Part shown: positions 42,358 through 52,255 of the stretch, piece by piece
Position numbering within the stretch: the first letter of the stretch is position 1
Layout: each line of letters opens with the position of its first letter
DNA from: Candidatus Eiseniibacteriota bacterium
Lineage (GTDB): Bacteria; Eisenbacteria; RBG-16-71-46
Direction of reading: 5' to 3'
DNA: 64,000 nucleotides
NCBI GenBank assembly: GCA_963717505.1
Contig: OY970342.1
Coordinates: 3,168,001-3,232,000 of the forward strand
Notes under the pieces: model-generated
Database searches by the model: none
The model's input: only the letters and a program-made list of their open reading frames with translations
Told to the model about the DNA's origin: nothing
Program-made: the position numbers and the translations under genes

Positions 42358-45027
42358 CTGACGCGCTGGCCGCAGCCACCTCCGGAGTGCAGGCGGCACG
42401 CGGTGGCGGTGCGGCGGCCACGCCGCTCATGCGCCAATACCTGCGGCTGAAGAAGGAACACGCCGACGCGTTTTTGTTTTTTCGCCTCGGGGACTTCTAC
42501 GAGATGTTCTTCGAGGACGCGATCCAGGGCGCACAGATTCTCGGACTGACGCTGACCTCGCGCAACAAGAACGATCCCGATCCGATTCCGATGTGCGGTA
42601 TCCCGTGGCATCAGCGCGATGCCTACGTCGCGCGCCTACTGCGTCTGGGGCACAAGGTCGCGATCTGCGAGCAGCTCGAGCTGCCGACGGCCGCCAAACC
42701 GCTGGTCGATCGCGGGGTCACCGAGATCCTGACCCCGGGATCGGTGACCGCGGACGCGTTCCTGGACCCGGCGAGCAACAACTATCTGGTTGCGGTGTGG
42801 CCCGGGCGCGAACGCGTCGGCGTGTGCGTGGCGGACGCCTCGACCGGCGAGGTGCGGGTCGCGGAGCCGTCGTGGGACGACGCGGCGGCCATGCTTTCGC
42901 GCCTGCGCGTGGCCGAGTGGCTACTCCCGGCCGAGTCGGAAGACTCGGCCGCAGACGGCGAAAGGCTGAACGCGTCGATTTCGGGGCTGCCGGGTGCCCG
43001 CACCACGCTGCCGGCCCGCCGATTTCTCGAAGCCCCCGATCCGCGGTCGCGCTGGAGTGCCGCCGACGTGGCTCGGATCGCCGATCTCGACCTCGGGCTC
43101 CGCGCGGCGGGGGCGGCTTTGGACTACCTCGATCGCATGCACGGCGGGTTCGCACGCCAGCTCGATCGGGTCGAGCGTTGGAGCGAGGACGACACGCTGC
43201 GCTACGACGCCGCGACCGCCCGACACCTGGAATTGTTCCAGCCCCAGCCCGGCGGTGAACCGGCGCACACCCTGTGGCATCACCTCGACCGCTGCGTCAC
43301 CTCGCTCGGTTCGCGGCGCCTGCGCGGCTGGCTCGAGCGGCCGCTGGCGCACGCCGCGTCGGTGCGCGCGCGACACGACGCGGTCGAAGCCTGGATCACC
43401 GAGTTCGAAGCGCGGGCGTCCATGCGCCTGGCGCTGCGCAGCATCCCGGACCTCGAGCGCCTGGCAGCGCGCCTGGCCTGCGCCCGAGCCACGCCACGCG
43501 ACCTGGGCGCCATCCGCGATGCCCTGGCCCTGTTGCCTGCGGTCCATGCCCTGCTCGCCCCGCTCGGCGACCCGATCGCCGCCCAGGCGCGCTCGGCGCT
43601 GTCCGGCATCCCCGCGCTCGAAGCCGATCTGCGTCGTGCCCTGGTCGACGAGCCGCCACCCCTGGCGCGCGATGGCGGCATCTTCCGAGCAGGCTACGAC
43701 GCGACGCGCGACGGGCTCGACGACGTCGCGCACTCGGGCAAACGCTGGATCGCCGAGCTGGAGGCCACCGAGCGCGGGCGCACCGGAATCAGCAGCTTGA
43801 AGGTCGGGTTCAACCGCGTGTTCGGTTACTACCTGGAAGTCACCCGCCCGCACCTCGACAAGGTTCCCGGCAACTGGGAGCGCCGCCAGACGCTGACCGC
43901 GGCCGAGCGTTTCGTCACGCCCGACCTCAAGGTCAAGGAAGGCGAGGTGCTGGGCGCCGAGGAGAAGCTCAAGGCGCGTGAGCACGAGCTGTTCGTTGCG
44001 CTACGAGAGGCGGCAGCGGTGCACGTGCCGGCGCTGCAGGCGGCCGCGACCGCCCTCGGCACGCTCGACGCCGCTGTCGACGCTGGCCGAGACCGCAATC
44101 CAGTACGCGTGGGTGCGGCCCGAGATCGACGACGGCGACCGACTGCACCTCGAAAGCTTGCGTCACCCGGTGGTCGAGCGCCTGCTGCCGCGCGGCGAGT
44201 TCGTGCCCAATGACTGCGATCTCGATGCATCCCGCCGCCAGATCCTGCTGCTGACTGGACCCAACATGGGCGGCAAGAGCACGTACCTGCGCCAGGTGGC
44301 GCTGGCGGTGGTGTTGGCGCAGGCGGGCGCGTTCGTGCCTGCGACCCGCGCCGAGATCGGCTTGGTCGATCGCGTTTTCACGCGCGTGGGCGCCGGCGAT
44401 CGGCTCGGCTCGGGCCAGAGCACGTTCATGGTCGAGATGAGCGAGACCGCCGACATCATGCGCTCGGCGACGCCTCGCTCCCTGGTGGTGCTCGACGAGG
44501 TCGGGCGCGGAACCGCGACCTACGACGGACTCGCGATCGCCTGGGCGGTGACCGAGTTCCTGCACGATGCCGGAGGGCCCCGGCCGCGCACGTTGTTCGC
44601 CACGCACTATCACGAGTTGACGCAACTCGCCGAAAAGCTGCCGCGACTGGTCAACGTCCATATGCTGGTCGAGGAGTGGGAGGAGCGGGTGGTGTTCCTG
44701 CATCGGATCGCCGATGGCGCCGCCGACCGCTCCTACGGCATCCACGTCGCGCAGCTGGCCGGGCTGCCGCGCCCGGTGATCGAGCGGGCGCGCGAGGTGC
44801 TGGCCGAACTGGAGAGTGAACGCACTGTGGAGCATTTGGAGGCTAAGGCGTCGCGGGGTTCGCGGCGGGAGGCGGCTGGGCAACTGGGTTTGTTCGGTAC
44901 GCCTGCTCATCCATTGGCCGATGAGCTGGCAGCGCTCAACCCGGATACGATGACGCCGCTCGCTGCGCTCGAACGGCTCGCGGAGTGGAAGAAGAAGTGG
45001 GGGAGGGACATCGCGAAGAGTCCGTAG
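42354..45027 (+). CDS. mutS: DNA mismatch repair protein MutS (frameshift near 44078)
   Basis: [65 protein letters not shown] clamp motif. Confidence 0.96.
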
Positions 45028-45137
45028 TTTTCCCGATGAGTAATTCGCAGAGCGGCCTTTCATTCGCCGGACAATGTCCCTATCGTCTGCGCCCCGATTG
45101 CACTCCACCTGGGCCGCCCAAAGGAACCCCCGATCTG

Positions 45138-47519
45138 ATGAGCCCACGGTGCGCCGTTCCAGCCCTGCTGCTGTCCGCCCTCGCGACAACCCAAGCGGCG
45201 TGGTCCGACCCGTTGTTCGAGCTGGTGACGACACCAGCTTACGAGACGGGAACCAGCCCGATTGCGGTGGTGGCCGAGGATCTGGACGGAGATGGCCACG
45301 CCGACCTGGTGGTCGCCAACCAGAGCTCCAACACGATCTCGATCTTCCGCGGCAACGGGGATGGTACGTTCCAGACGAGGGTCGACCTGCCGACCGGCAT
45401 CCAACCTTCTGCGATCGCGACCGGCGATCTCGACGGCGACGGGTATCCGGACATCGTCGTGTGCAACGGAAACTCGTCGGTATCGGTGTTCCTCCACGGC
45501 CCGTCAGGATACGTCTCATCCAGCCTTTCGGTCGGGTCTGGGTCAGTCGCCGTGACCCTCGTGGACCTCGATCAGGATTACCACCTCGACATCGTCACGG
45601 CCACGGGAGGATGGGTGGCAATCTGGTGGGGCGTCGGGGACGGGACGTTCTTCGAGCGGACCGACATTCCTTGTGGGCCGACTTTGAAAGCGATCGCTGT
45701 TGGCGACCTCGACCTGGATGGGAACCTCGACCTGGTGGTGAGCCGACAACCCACGTCCCCCGGGAGGATCGTGGTGCTCCGAGGCCTAGGCGATCATGCG
45801 TTCGTTCAGGTTCAGGATTTTGCCAGTTCGGCCCAGGCCGTACGATTGATGCGGCTCAATGGGGACGCGTACCTCGACTTGCTGACTCCGGGGAGCGCGT
45901 ATCGGGGCTACGGGAACGGCATGTTCTTGACGAGTAGCTACCCGACGAAGGGCTCTCAACCGCTATTCCTCGCGGATCTCGATGGAGACTTGGTCGACGA
46001 AGTCCTGGGGCTCTACCCGGGCTCCAATTTGGTAAGCGTGTGTCGAAGGGCTGACACCAGCTATGTGGAGATCGGCGATCAAGGGACCGGGACGTTCGTG
46101 GACGGTTTCGCGGCGGCGGAACTGACGGGTGATGGCTTCGCTGATCTGGCGTTCGTCGAACGTACGACGAATCGACTGCGCGTGTTGCCGGGAAACGGGG
46201 ACGGGACCTTCCTTGGGAATCATACGGGCAACGGCCCCACGGCCCTGGCCATCGAAGATCTCAATGGCGACGGTCTCCGAGATGTGGTCGTGACCGAGCG
46301 GACGTACGATTTCGCGAACGTGTTCCTCGGAACCGGTGGCGGAGGATTCGCCGAAGGTCAGCGTTGGTCAACCGCGGCACCCGGCCCCACCAAGGTGCTA
46401 GCCGGTGACCTGGATGGTGACGGAGATGTTGACATGCTGACTCTGAACTCGGCGTCTTCTCACCTGGACCCTCCGTCCAGCATGACGATCCTGACCAATG
46501 GCGGCAGTGCGAATTTCAGTAGGGCAGACATCGCGTTGGCTGCAAAGGACGCTGCCCTCGGAGACGTCACCGGAGACGGCATCCTCGATTTGGTTTGCAT
46601 CGTCAACGCCACCTACCAAGTCGCCGTCGGCAATGGCACCGGTGGTTTCACGCCTCTGCCGAACGTGTGGCTCGGCCCAACAACCATCCAGCGTGCGGTA
46701 CGCCTCGGAGACTTCGACCAGGATGGCGTGCTCGACGCGGCAATGCTCGCAGAGTATCTGCGCGTATTGCGCGGACAAGGCGATGGGACTTTTGAGATCA
46801 TCCAGGTCCAGTCGATCGGCCCTTCTTCGAATGCCGATCTCGAGATCGGAGACCTCGACGGCGACGGTCTCCTCGACGCCGTGGTTCCGACCGACGCTGG
46901 CGCCCGCTGGTTCAAGGGCCGCGCCGATGGTCAGCTCGATCCGGGCGTCGACATCCCCGGTGACGGACAGGTTTATTCGGTCGAGATCGCGGACGTGAAT
47001 CAGGCGGCTGGACTCGACTTGGTACTCGAGACGGGCAACAACGAGTTCGGGATCCGCCTCGGTCACAACGACGGCACGTTCGATCCTGCGTGGGTCCTGG
47101 CCACCGGGGCGTGGTCCACAGCGAGAGCCACACTGGGAGACCTGACCGGAGACGGGCGCAACGATGTTGTCGTGATTTTGAGTTCCAATGAATTCGTGGT
47201 CTACCGGAACCTCACGGTGCCGGTGGCCGACGTCGAGGGGCCGAGTGTTGCCTTGACGCCGAGCCTGCGGATGGCCATTCAGCCCAACCCGATTCACGGG
47301 CCTTTCCAGGTCACCTTCGACCTCCCCGAGCGCGCCAGCGAGGTTCATGTCCACGTGTTCGATCTTGCCGGCCGTCGGGTCGCATCGGAGACAATGGGGG
47401 ATCTCCCGGCCGGGAAGCATTGGGCGACGGTGAATACGCAATTGCGCCCGGGGATTCACATGGTCGAAGTGCGCACGCCGACAGCACGGGCCGTGGCGAG
47501 GGCGTGCGTGATTCGCTGA
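45138..47519 (+). CDS. Secreted FG-GAP/VCBS-repeat protein with C-terminal T9SS-A/FlgD-Ig-like sorting domain
   Basis: More than ten DLDGDG..DLVV repeats; C-terminal QPNP...VFDLAGRRV...LPAG...PGIHMV; more A/T-ending codons than its neighbours. Confidence 0.85.
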   Translation: MSPRCAVPALLLSALATTQAAWSDPLFELVTTPAYETGTSPIAVVAEDLDGDGHADLVVANQSSNTISIFRGNGDGTFQTRVDLPTGIQPSAIATGDLDGDGYPDIVVCNGNSSVSVFLHGPSGYVSSSLSVGSGSVAVTLVDLDQDYHLDIVTATGGWVAIWWGVGDGTFFERTDIPCGPTLKAIAVGDLDLDGNLDLVVSRQPTSPGRIVVLRGLGDHAFVQVQDFASSAQAVRLMRLNGDAYLDLLTPGSAYRGYGNGMFLTSSYPTKGSQPLFLADLDGDLVDEVLGLYPGSNLVSVCRRADTSYVEIGDQGTGTFVDGFAAAELTGDGFADLAFVERTTNRLRVLPGNGDGTFLGNHTGNGPTALAIEDLNGDGLRDVVVTERTYDFANVFLGTGGGGFAEGQRWSTAAPGPTKVLAGDLDGDGDVDMLTLNSASSHLDPPSSMTILTNGGSANFSRADIALAAKDAALGDVTGDGILDLVCIVNATYQVAVGNGTGGFTPLPNVWLGPTTIQRAVRLGDFDQDGVLDAAMLAEYLRVLRGQGDGTFEIIQVQSIGPSSNADLEIGDLDGDGLLDAVVPTDAGARWFKGRADGQLDPGVDIPGDGQVYSVEIADVNQAAGLDLVLETGNNEFGIRLGHNDGTFDPAWVLATGAWSTARATLGDLTGDGRNDVVVILSSNEFVVYRNLTVPVADVEGPSVALTPSLRMAIQPNPIHGPFQVTFDLPERASEVHVHVFDLAGRRVASETMGDLPAGKHWATVNTQLRPGIHMVEVRTPTARAVARACVIR

Positions 47520-47595
47520 TCGGGCTGAGCCGCCGCGACTGTCCGTGCGGACAGTTGCCGGTAGCAGCCGCCGTCGATTCGTGTCGAACGGCGAG

Positions 47596-48897
47596 TCACG
47601 GTGCCGAGCCCACGCTCGCCGGCGCCGGAGTGATGGAGTAGGCGCGGGGCCGCAGGCAGGACAACGCCAGGCGCACGCGTTGCTCGAGCGGGGCGTCGGC
47701 GAGAGATGCGCTGTGCTCGGCGGCGCGGCGTGCCTGGTCGGTGCGGACTCCTAAGGCCTGCAACCAGGGAATTACTTCTTCGGTCGCGGTTTTCGCTTGA
47801 GCTTCTTGTGCCTTCTTCGCCTCGTGCATCTTCTTGGCCTGTCTCTCCTCGCGTGCAATCCGAGCTTCCTCGCGCTTCTGGTGCATGAACCCATCGCCAA
47901 ACACGCGCTTGGCTTCGTACTGGTTATGGGCGTGGCAAAGCAGGCGCACGTTGTCGACCGTTGCCTCTCCTCCCCGGGCCACGGGTTCGATGTGATCGAA
48001 TGCGAGCTCCTTTCGTTCCGTGCAACGATGGCCGTTCTCGCCGACGAACGCGCACTGATCCTGGTCGCGCTTCCGGACGGCGCGTCTCACGTGTGCCGGG
48101 ATCGTGCGCTTCGCCGTCGGGGTGCCGCGTGAGCCGGTGCGCGGCCGGTCGGTCGCGGCGTACTTCCGCTTCTCGAGCTCCTTTCGGAGCGACTTGAGTG
48201 CACGGCCGAAGACATCCGCGAGGTCCCCAGACCGAACCCGGTGGCCGAGCAAGGCCTGGACCTGGCGCAAGTCGTCATGCGTCTCCTGGTCGATCGTGAA
48301 CTGGAGCCCATAGCGTTGCGGCGAGAGCGGCTTCACCCTGGCGTGCTGCGTCGCAGGTGTCCGTGCGGACACTTGTTCGGCAACTGTCTGCGCGGACAGT
48401 TGGCCCACCGGACCAGTGGACTCGAAAGTCAGTAGTTCTGCCTCGGGGGCCGGCTCCGATGGAATAGCCTCGATCCGAGCTGGCATATCAGCACTCGGGA
48501 ATCGCTCCGCCAGTAGCTTCTCGATTTCGCCCTGGGTCTTGTGGGTGGCGGCGGCCAGCAATTCGTCGGCGTTGCGCGGGGTGAGGTGAGGCTTCAGCTG
48601 GATCACCCCGGTCAGATGCACCCGGCCCTCGGCAATGGCGTCGAAGATCGCGGGGAATTCTCGCGCCACGCGGCCCGCCCGGATCCGCTTCAGGGCCGAC
48701 TGCTCGGTCAAACGCAGTTCCTGGCGGCAATACTCGTAGGTCGACGGAAACCCGGCGGGGAGATAAAGCTCGCGCGCGTCAATTTCGGCAATGTGAGCAA
48801 TCAGCATCGCCGCATTAGTGCGCTCATGACGATTGTAGGCCGCCGCACTGCGGAGCACTTCCGGACCGTTCAGATGAATCAACGAGTAGGCGTGCAC
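47596..48897 (-). CDS. DUF222-like + HNH endonuclease with RuvA-C-like helical tail
   Basis: GTG start after AGGAAG; IPAHVRRAVRKRDQDQC...C...FDHIEPVARGG...NVRLLCHAHN HNH motif; N-terminal LIAHIAEIDARELY...YC. Confidence 0.85.
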   Translation of the reverse strand: MHAYSLIHLNGPEVLRSAAAYNRHERTNAAMLIAHIAEIDARELYLPAGFPSTYEYCRQELRLTEQSALKRIRAGRVAREFPAIFDAIAEGRVHLTGVIQLKPHLTPRNADELLAAATHKTQGEIEKLLAERFPSADMPARIEAIPSEPAPEAELLTFESTGPVGQLSAQTVAEQVSARTPATQHARVKPLSPQRYGLQFTIDQETHDDLRQVQALLGHRVRSGDLADVFGRALKSLRKELEKRKYAATDRPRTGSRGTPTAKRTIPAHVRRAVRKRDQDQCAFVGENGHRCTERKELAFDHIEPVARGGEATVDNVRLLCHAHNQYEAKRVFGDGFMHQKREEARIAREERQAKKMHEAKKAQEAQAKTATEEVIPWLQALGVRTDQARRAAEHSASLADAPLEQRVRLALSCLRPRAYSITPAPASVGSAP

Positions 48898-49323
48898 GAA
48901 AGCACTTCCTGACTCGGGGGCGAGCCTGATGCTTCGGCCGGGATCTACCACCCGACCGGTTGGGGCGCACTCATTGGAACACACGTGTTCTCGGCGCTCA
49001 GGGATCAACGGAGAACCCACAAAACGCGGCTTCCTGAAATCGAAAGCGCGGGGGGTGCGATTCGACTGATTGAGCGCACGCTTCGCGCTTTGACGCGACG
49101 CCAGAACACCGTCAGCGAGATTGCAGCCACGACGCTCCGAAACGTGTCAAGAGGTATTTGCTTCGCAGAAAAGATTTCGCAGCGGAGATTCTGGGGTGAT
49201 GCCGCGACGATCTCGATCTCGGCGACATCGAAGTGAGGAACGACCACTCGGCGCGGCGCCTATCGCCACGAAGATCGGTCCGTGCCCCGCGTACGGGTCA
49301 GCGATCGGCCCCAAACGCAGCGA

Positions 49324-49875
49324 CTACCGCCGGATCTGCACCAACGCCCCAGCCAGCGTCGCACCGGCACCGCGGCCCCGCGCAACGGGCGGGGCGTCCG
49401 GCATCTGCCGGCGATGCTTCTCCAGCCGCTTCCAATGCACCGGCCGGTTTTCGCGCAGCCAGGTCTCGAGATCCTCTGCCTTCTTGAACCACGCGCGCGG
49501 CTGCTCCAGCGGATACCGACGCTCGCACTCGCGCGGGTCGTAGTCGCGGCACAGCACCGGATGCCGGCCGTGAATCGAGCAACGTCCCTCGGAGTTCAGC
49601 TGGTCGCAGCGCGTCGGCACGTAGACGAACCAAGCCTCGGGCTGCTCGACGTAGATCTCGATCCCGTGGTGGTGGAGCATCCAGATCGCCTGGTCGTACT
49701 CCCACGGCTGCCGAGGCGGATCGATCTCGATCGTGATGTAGCTGCAGCACGCGACGCAGCCGGCGCACAGGTCGGCGCTCTCGGTGCGCGGCATGAGGCG
49801 CGCCGCCACGGCGTTCTTGGCCTGGCGGCGCCCGGCCGCGTTCTCACTGCGATGCCGATGGGTGGAGTCGTTCAT
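49324..49875 (-). CDS. YkgJ-family cysteine cluster (CxxCxxCC) protein
   Basis: CAGCVACC, CDQL...RCSIH..HPVLCRDY...CE. Confidence 0.85.
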   Translation of the reverse strand: MNDSTHRHRSENAAGRRQAKNAVAARLMPRTESADLCAGCVACCSYITIEIDPPRQPWEYDQAIWMLHHHGIEIYVEQPEAWFVYVPTRCDQLNSEGRCSIHGRHPVLCRDYDPRECERRYPLEQPRAWFKKAEDLETWLRENRPVHWKRLEKHRRQMPDAPPVARGRGAGATLAGALVQIRR

Positions 49876-50210
49876 CGCGTGGTGATCATCCTCCACGCCA
49901 CGCTGACGCAGGCGAGCAGGAACGCCGCGAGTATCGTGGTGCCGAATCCCTTGACGCTGAAGCCCGGTACCAGTTTGGCGGCGATCCACAGCGTGATCCC
50001 GTTGAGCACGAACAGGAATAGTCCGAGCGTCAAGACGGTCAGCGGCAGGGTGAGCACGAACAGGATGGGTTTGAGGATCGCGTTGACCAGGGCCAGCACC
50101 ACCGCACCGAACAAGGCCGGAATCCATCCCTTGACCTGGAACCCCGGCAGTATGCGCGACAGACCCAACATCGCCGCCGCCATGACGAGGAAATAGAGCA
50201 GCGTATTCAC
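49872..50210 (-). CDS. YvlD-like 4-TM membrane protein (phage holin family 4)
   Basis: LVNAILKPILFVLTLPLTVLTLGLFLFVLN motif; GTG after GAGGAGG. Confidence 0.88.
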   Translation of the reverse strand: MNTLLYFLVMAAAMLGLSRILPGFQVKGWIPALFGAVVLALVNAILKPILFVLTLPLTVLTLGLFLFVLNGITLWIAAKLVPGFSVKGFGTTILAAFLLACVSVAWRMITTR

Positions 50211-50220
50211 GGCCACCTCC

Positions 50221-52122
50221 TCAATGGCCCGGGCGCGCAGCGCCCGGCGCCTGGACCACATCGCGGGACTCGATCCCCGCGCCTTCGATCACTTCCAGGC
50301 AATTCTCGTAACGGCCGAACGACGGCATCAGGTAGACGCCGCTGGCCATCGTCCGGCATTGCGCCAGCAGCTCGCGGGCCAGATCGACGCCGACGCGTTG
50401 TCCCTCGTTGCCCGCGGCGTGGAGTCGGGCACGGATCCACTCCGGAACCGTGATCCCCGGCACTTCGTTGTGCAGGAACTCGGCGTGGCGGAAGGACTGG
50501 AGCGGGAGGATGCCGATCAGGATCGGCAGCGACGTCAGGCCGCCGAGGCGATCCACGAACCGCTTCCAGCAATCCAGCTCGTACACCGGCTGGGTCATGA
50601 TGAATTGGGGACCGGCCTCGAGCTTGCGGCGCACGCGGTCGAACTCGCCGTCGAGGTCGTCGGCGGTCGGGTTGACCCCGCAGCCGATCGCGAACCGGGT
50701 CATGGCGCCGATCGAGGTGCCGGCCAGGTCGGTGCCGCGGTTCATGCCGTGAACGATCTTGATCAGTCCGACCGCGTCGGTGTCGTAAACCGCCGTGGCG
50801 TTCGGGTAATCGCCCAGGCTCGGCGGATCGCCGGTCAGGCACAGAATCGAGCGCAGGCCGAGCGCGTGGGCGCCGAGCAGGTCGCTCTGCAGGCCCATCA
50901 GGTTCCGGTCGCGGGTGGTGAAGTGCAGGATGATCTCGAGACGCGGGAAATGGGTCCGGATCAGGTAGGCGAGCGCCATGTTGCTCATCCGGATGCGCGC
51001 CAGCGGCGAGTCCGCGATGTTGATCGCATCGACCCCGCGTTGGGCCATCATGCGCGCCGCTTCCATGACCTTGGTGGTGTTGACCCCGCGCGGGGGGTCG
51101 ATCTCGACGCTGACCACGAAGCGCTCGCGCAGCGCCCGGAGCAGCGGCGGCTCTTCCTCGGTCACCGGTGCCGCGGGCGCCGGCCCGGGCTCGAGCACGC
51201 GCACTTCGGCGCCTGGCGCCAGCTTCTCGACCGGCAGTCGTGAGGCGATTCGCGCGCGCATGGCGGCGATGTGCGCCGGCGTCGTGCCGCAGCAGCCGCC
51301 GACGATGCGTGCGCCCTTTTCGATCGCGCGCGCCGCGAACTCGCCGAAATACTCGGGGCTCGCCAGGTAGACGAATCGGCCGTCGACGAACTGGGGCAGT
51401 CCGGCGTTCGGCATCACCGAGACCGGCAGGTCGCCGGCCGCCTGGACCACCTGCTCGAGCACTTCGAGCGTCGGCTGCGGGCCGACGCCGCAGTTGATGC
51501 CGACGACGTCGGCGCCCGCCTGGCGCAGGGCGCGAACGATCAGCGCGGGGGTGTGGCCGTAGAGCGTCTTGCCGTCGAGGCCGAAGGTCATCTGCGCGAT
51601 CACCGGCAGGTCCGCCGAGATCCGGCGCACCGCGCGCATGGCCGCCAGTACCTCGTTCAAATCCTGGAAGGTCTCGAGCAGGAACAGATCGCAGCCGCCC
51701 TCGAGCAACCCCTCGGCGGCGGCGGTGAAGTGGCGCTCGGCCTCGGCCGCCGAGATGTGCCCGAACGGCTCCAGCGACTTGCCGAGCGGCCCGATCGAGC
51801 CGGCGACGAACGCCTGGACCCCCACGATCTCGCGCGCGGCGCGGGCCACCTTGACCCCCTGACGCGCGATCAGCCGGCAGCGATCTTCGAGCCCGTGGGT
51901 GGCGAGCCGGACCGGATTGGTGCCGAACGTGTTGGTCTCGATCAATTCGGCGCCAGCGGTCAGGTATTCGCGGTGAATGGCCTCGATACGGGCGGGATCC
52001 GACAGGTTGAGCTCGTCGAAACAGCGGTCGAAGGGGACGCCGCGCTGGAACAGCAGCGTGCCCATCGCGCCGTCGGCCAGCAACGGCGCACGCGCGAGGC
52101 GTTCGAGAAAGGGAGAGGCCAT
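50221..52122 (-). CDS. yitJ: Bifunctional homocysteine S-methyltransferase / 5,10-methylenetetrahydrofolate reductase (YitJ-like)
   Basis: DGAMGT, ETNTFG, GINC, PNAGLP, GGCCGTTP; second domain VEIDPP, NIADSP, RDRNLMGLQS, LTGDP, TQPVY, FLHNEVPGI. Confidence 0.92.
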   Translation of the reverse strand: MASPFLERLARAPLLADGAMGTLLFQRGVPFDRCFDELNLSDPARIEAIHREYLTAGAELIETNTFGTNPVRLATHGLEDRCRLIARQGVKVARAAREIVGVQAFVAGSIGPLGKSLEPFGHISAAEAERHFTAAAEGLLEGGCDLFLLETFQDLNEVLAAMRAVRRISADLPVIAQMTFGLDGKTLYGHTPALIVRALRQAGADVVGINCGVGPQPTLEVLEQVVQAAGDLPVSVMPNAGLPQFVDGRFVYLASPEYFGEFAARAIEKGARIVGGCCGTTPAHIAAMRARIASRLPVEKLAPGAEVRVLEPGPAPAAPVTEEEPPLLRALRERFVVSVEIDPPRGVNTTKVMEAARMMAQRGVDAINIADSPLARIRMSNMALAYLIRTHFPRLEIILHFTTRDRNLMGLQSDLLGAHALGLRSILCLTGDPPSLGDYPNATAVYDTDAVGLIKIVHGMNRGTDLAGTSIGAMTRFAIGCGVNPTADDLDGEFDRVRRKLEAGPQFIMTQPVYELDCWKRFVDRLGGLTSLPILIGILPLQSFRHAEFLHNEVPGITVPEWIRARLHAAGNEGQRVGVDLARELLAQCRTMASGVYLMPSFGRYENCLEVIEGAGIESRDVVQAPGAARPGH

Positions 52123-52255
52123 ACCGCAGCGACTCTAGGGACTTGCCCGGCTGGCGGCAAGGTCCTGCGGCCGTGAGCGCGCGCACAACGGCACTCGCGA
52201 GGCCGACGGGTGTGCATTGCGCGCGACGCGCACCCGCTCCTATAGTCGGCGCATC

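Noticed and set aside
18000-44100. Pseudogenes or programmed frameshifting in the broken genes
   Set aside because: Essential rpsA is equally affected, catalytic motifs are intact, and no consistent slippery sites were seen; sequencing or polishing error is more parsimonious.
47596-48897. IscB/Cas9-like RNA-guided nuclease
   Set aside because: No RuvC or PLMP motifs and no CRISPR array were seen.
47596-50210. Prophage suggested by HNH plus 'phage holin' family gene
   Set aside because: YvlD-like proteins are common chromosomal membrane proteins; no capsid, terminase, tail or integrase genes are present.
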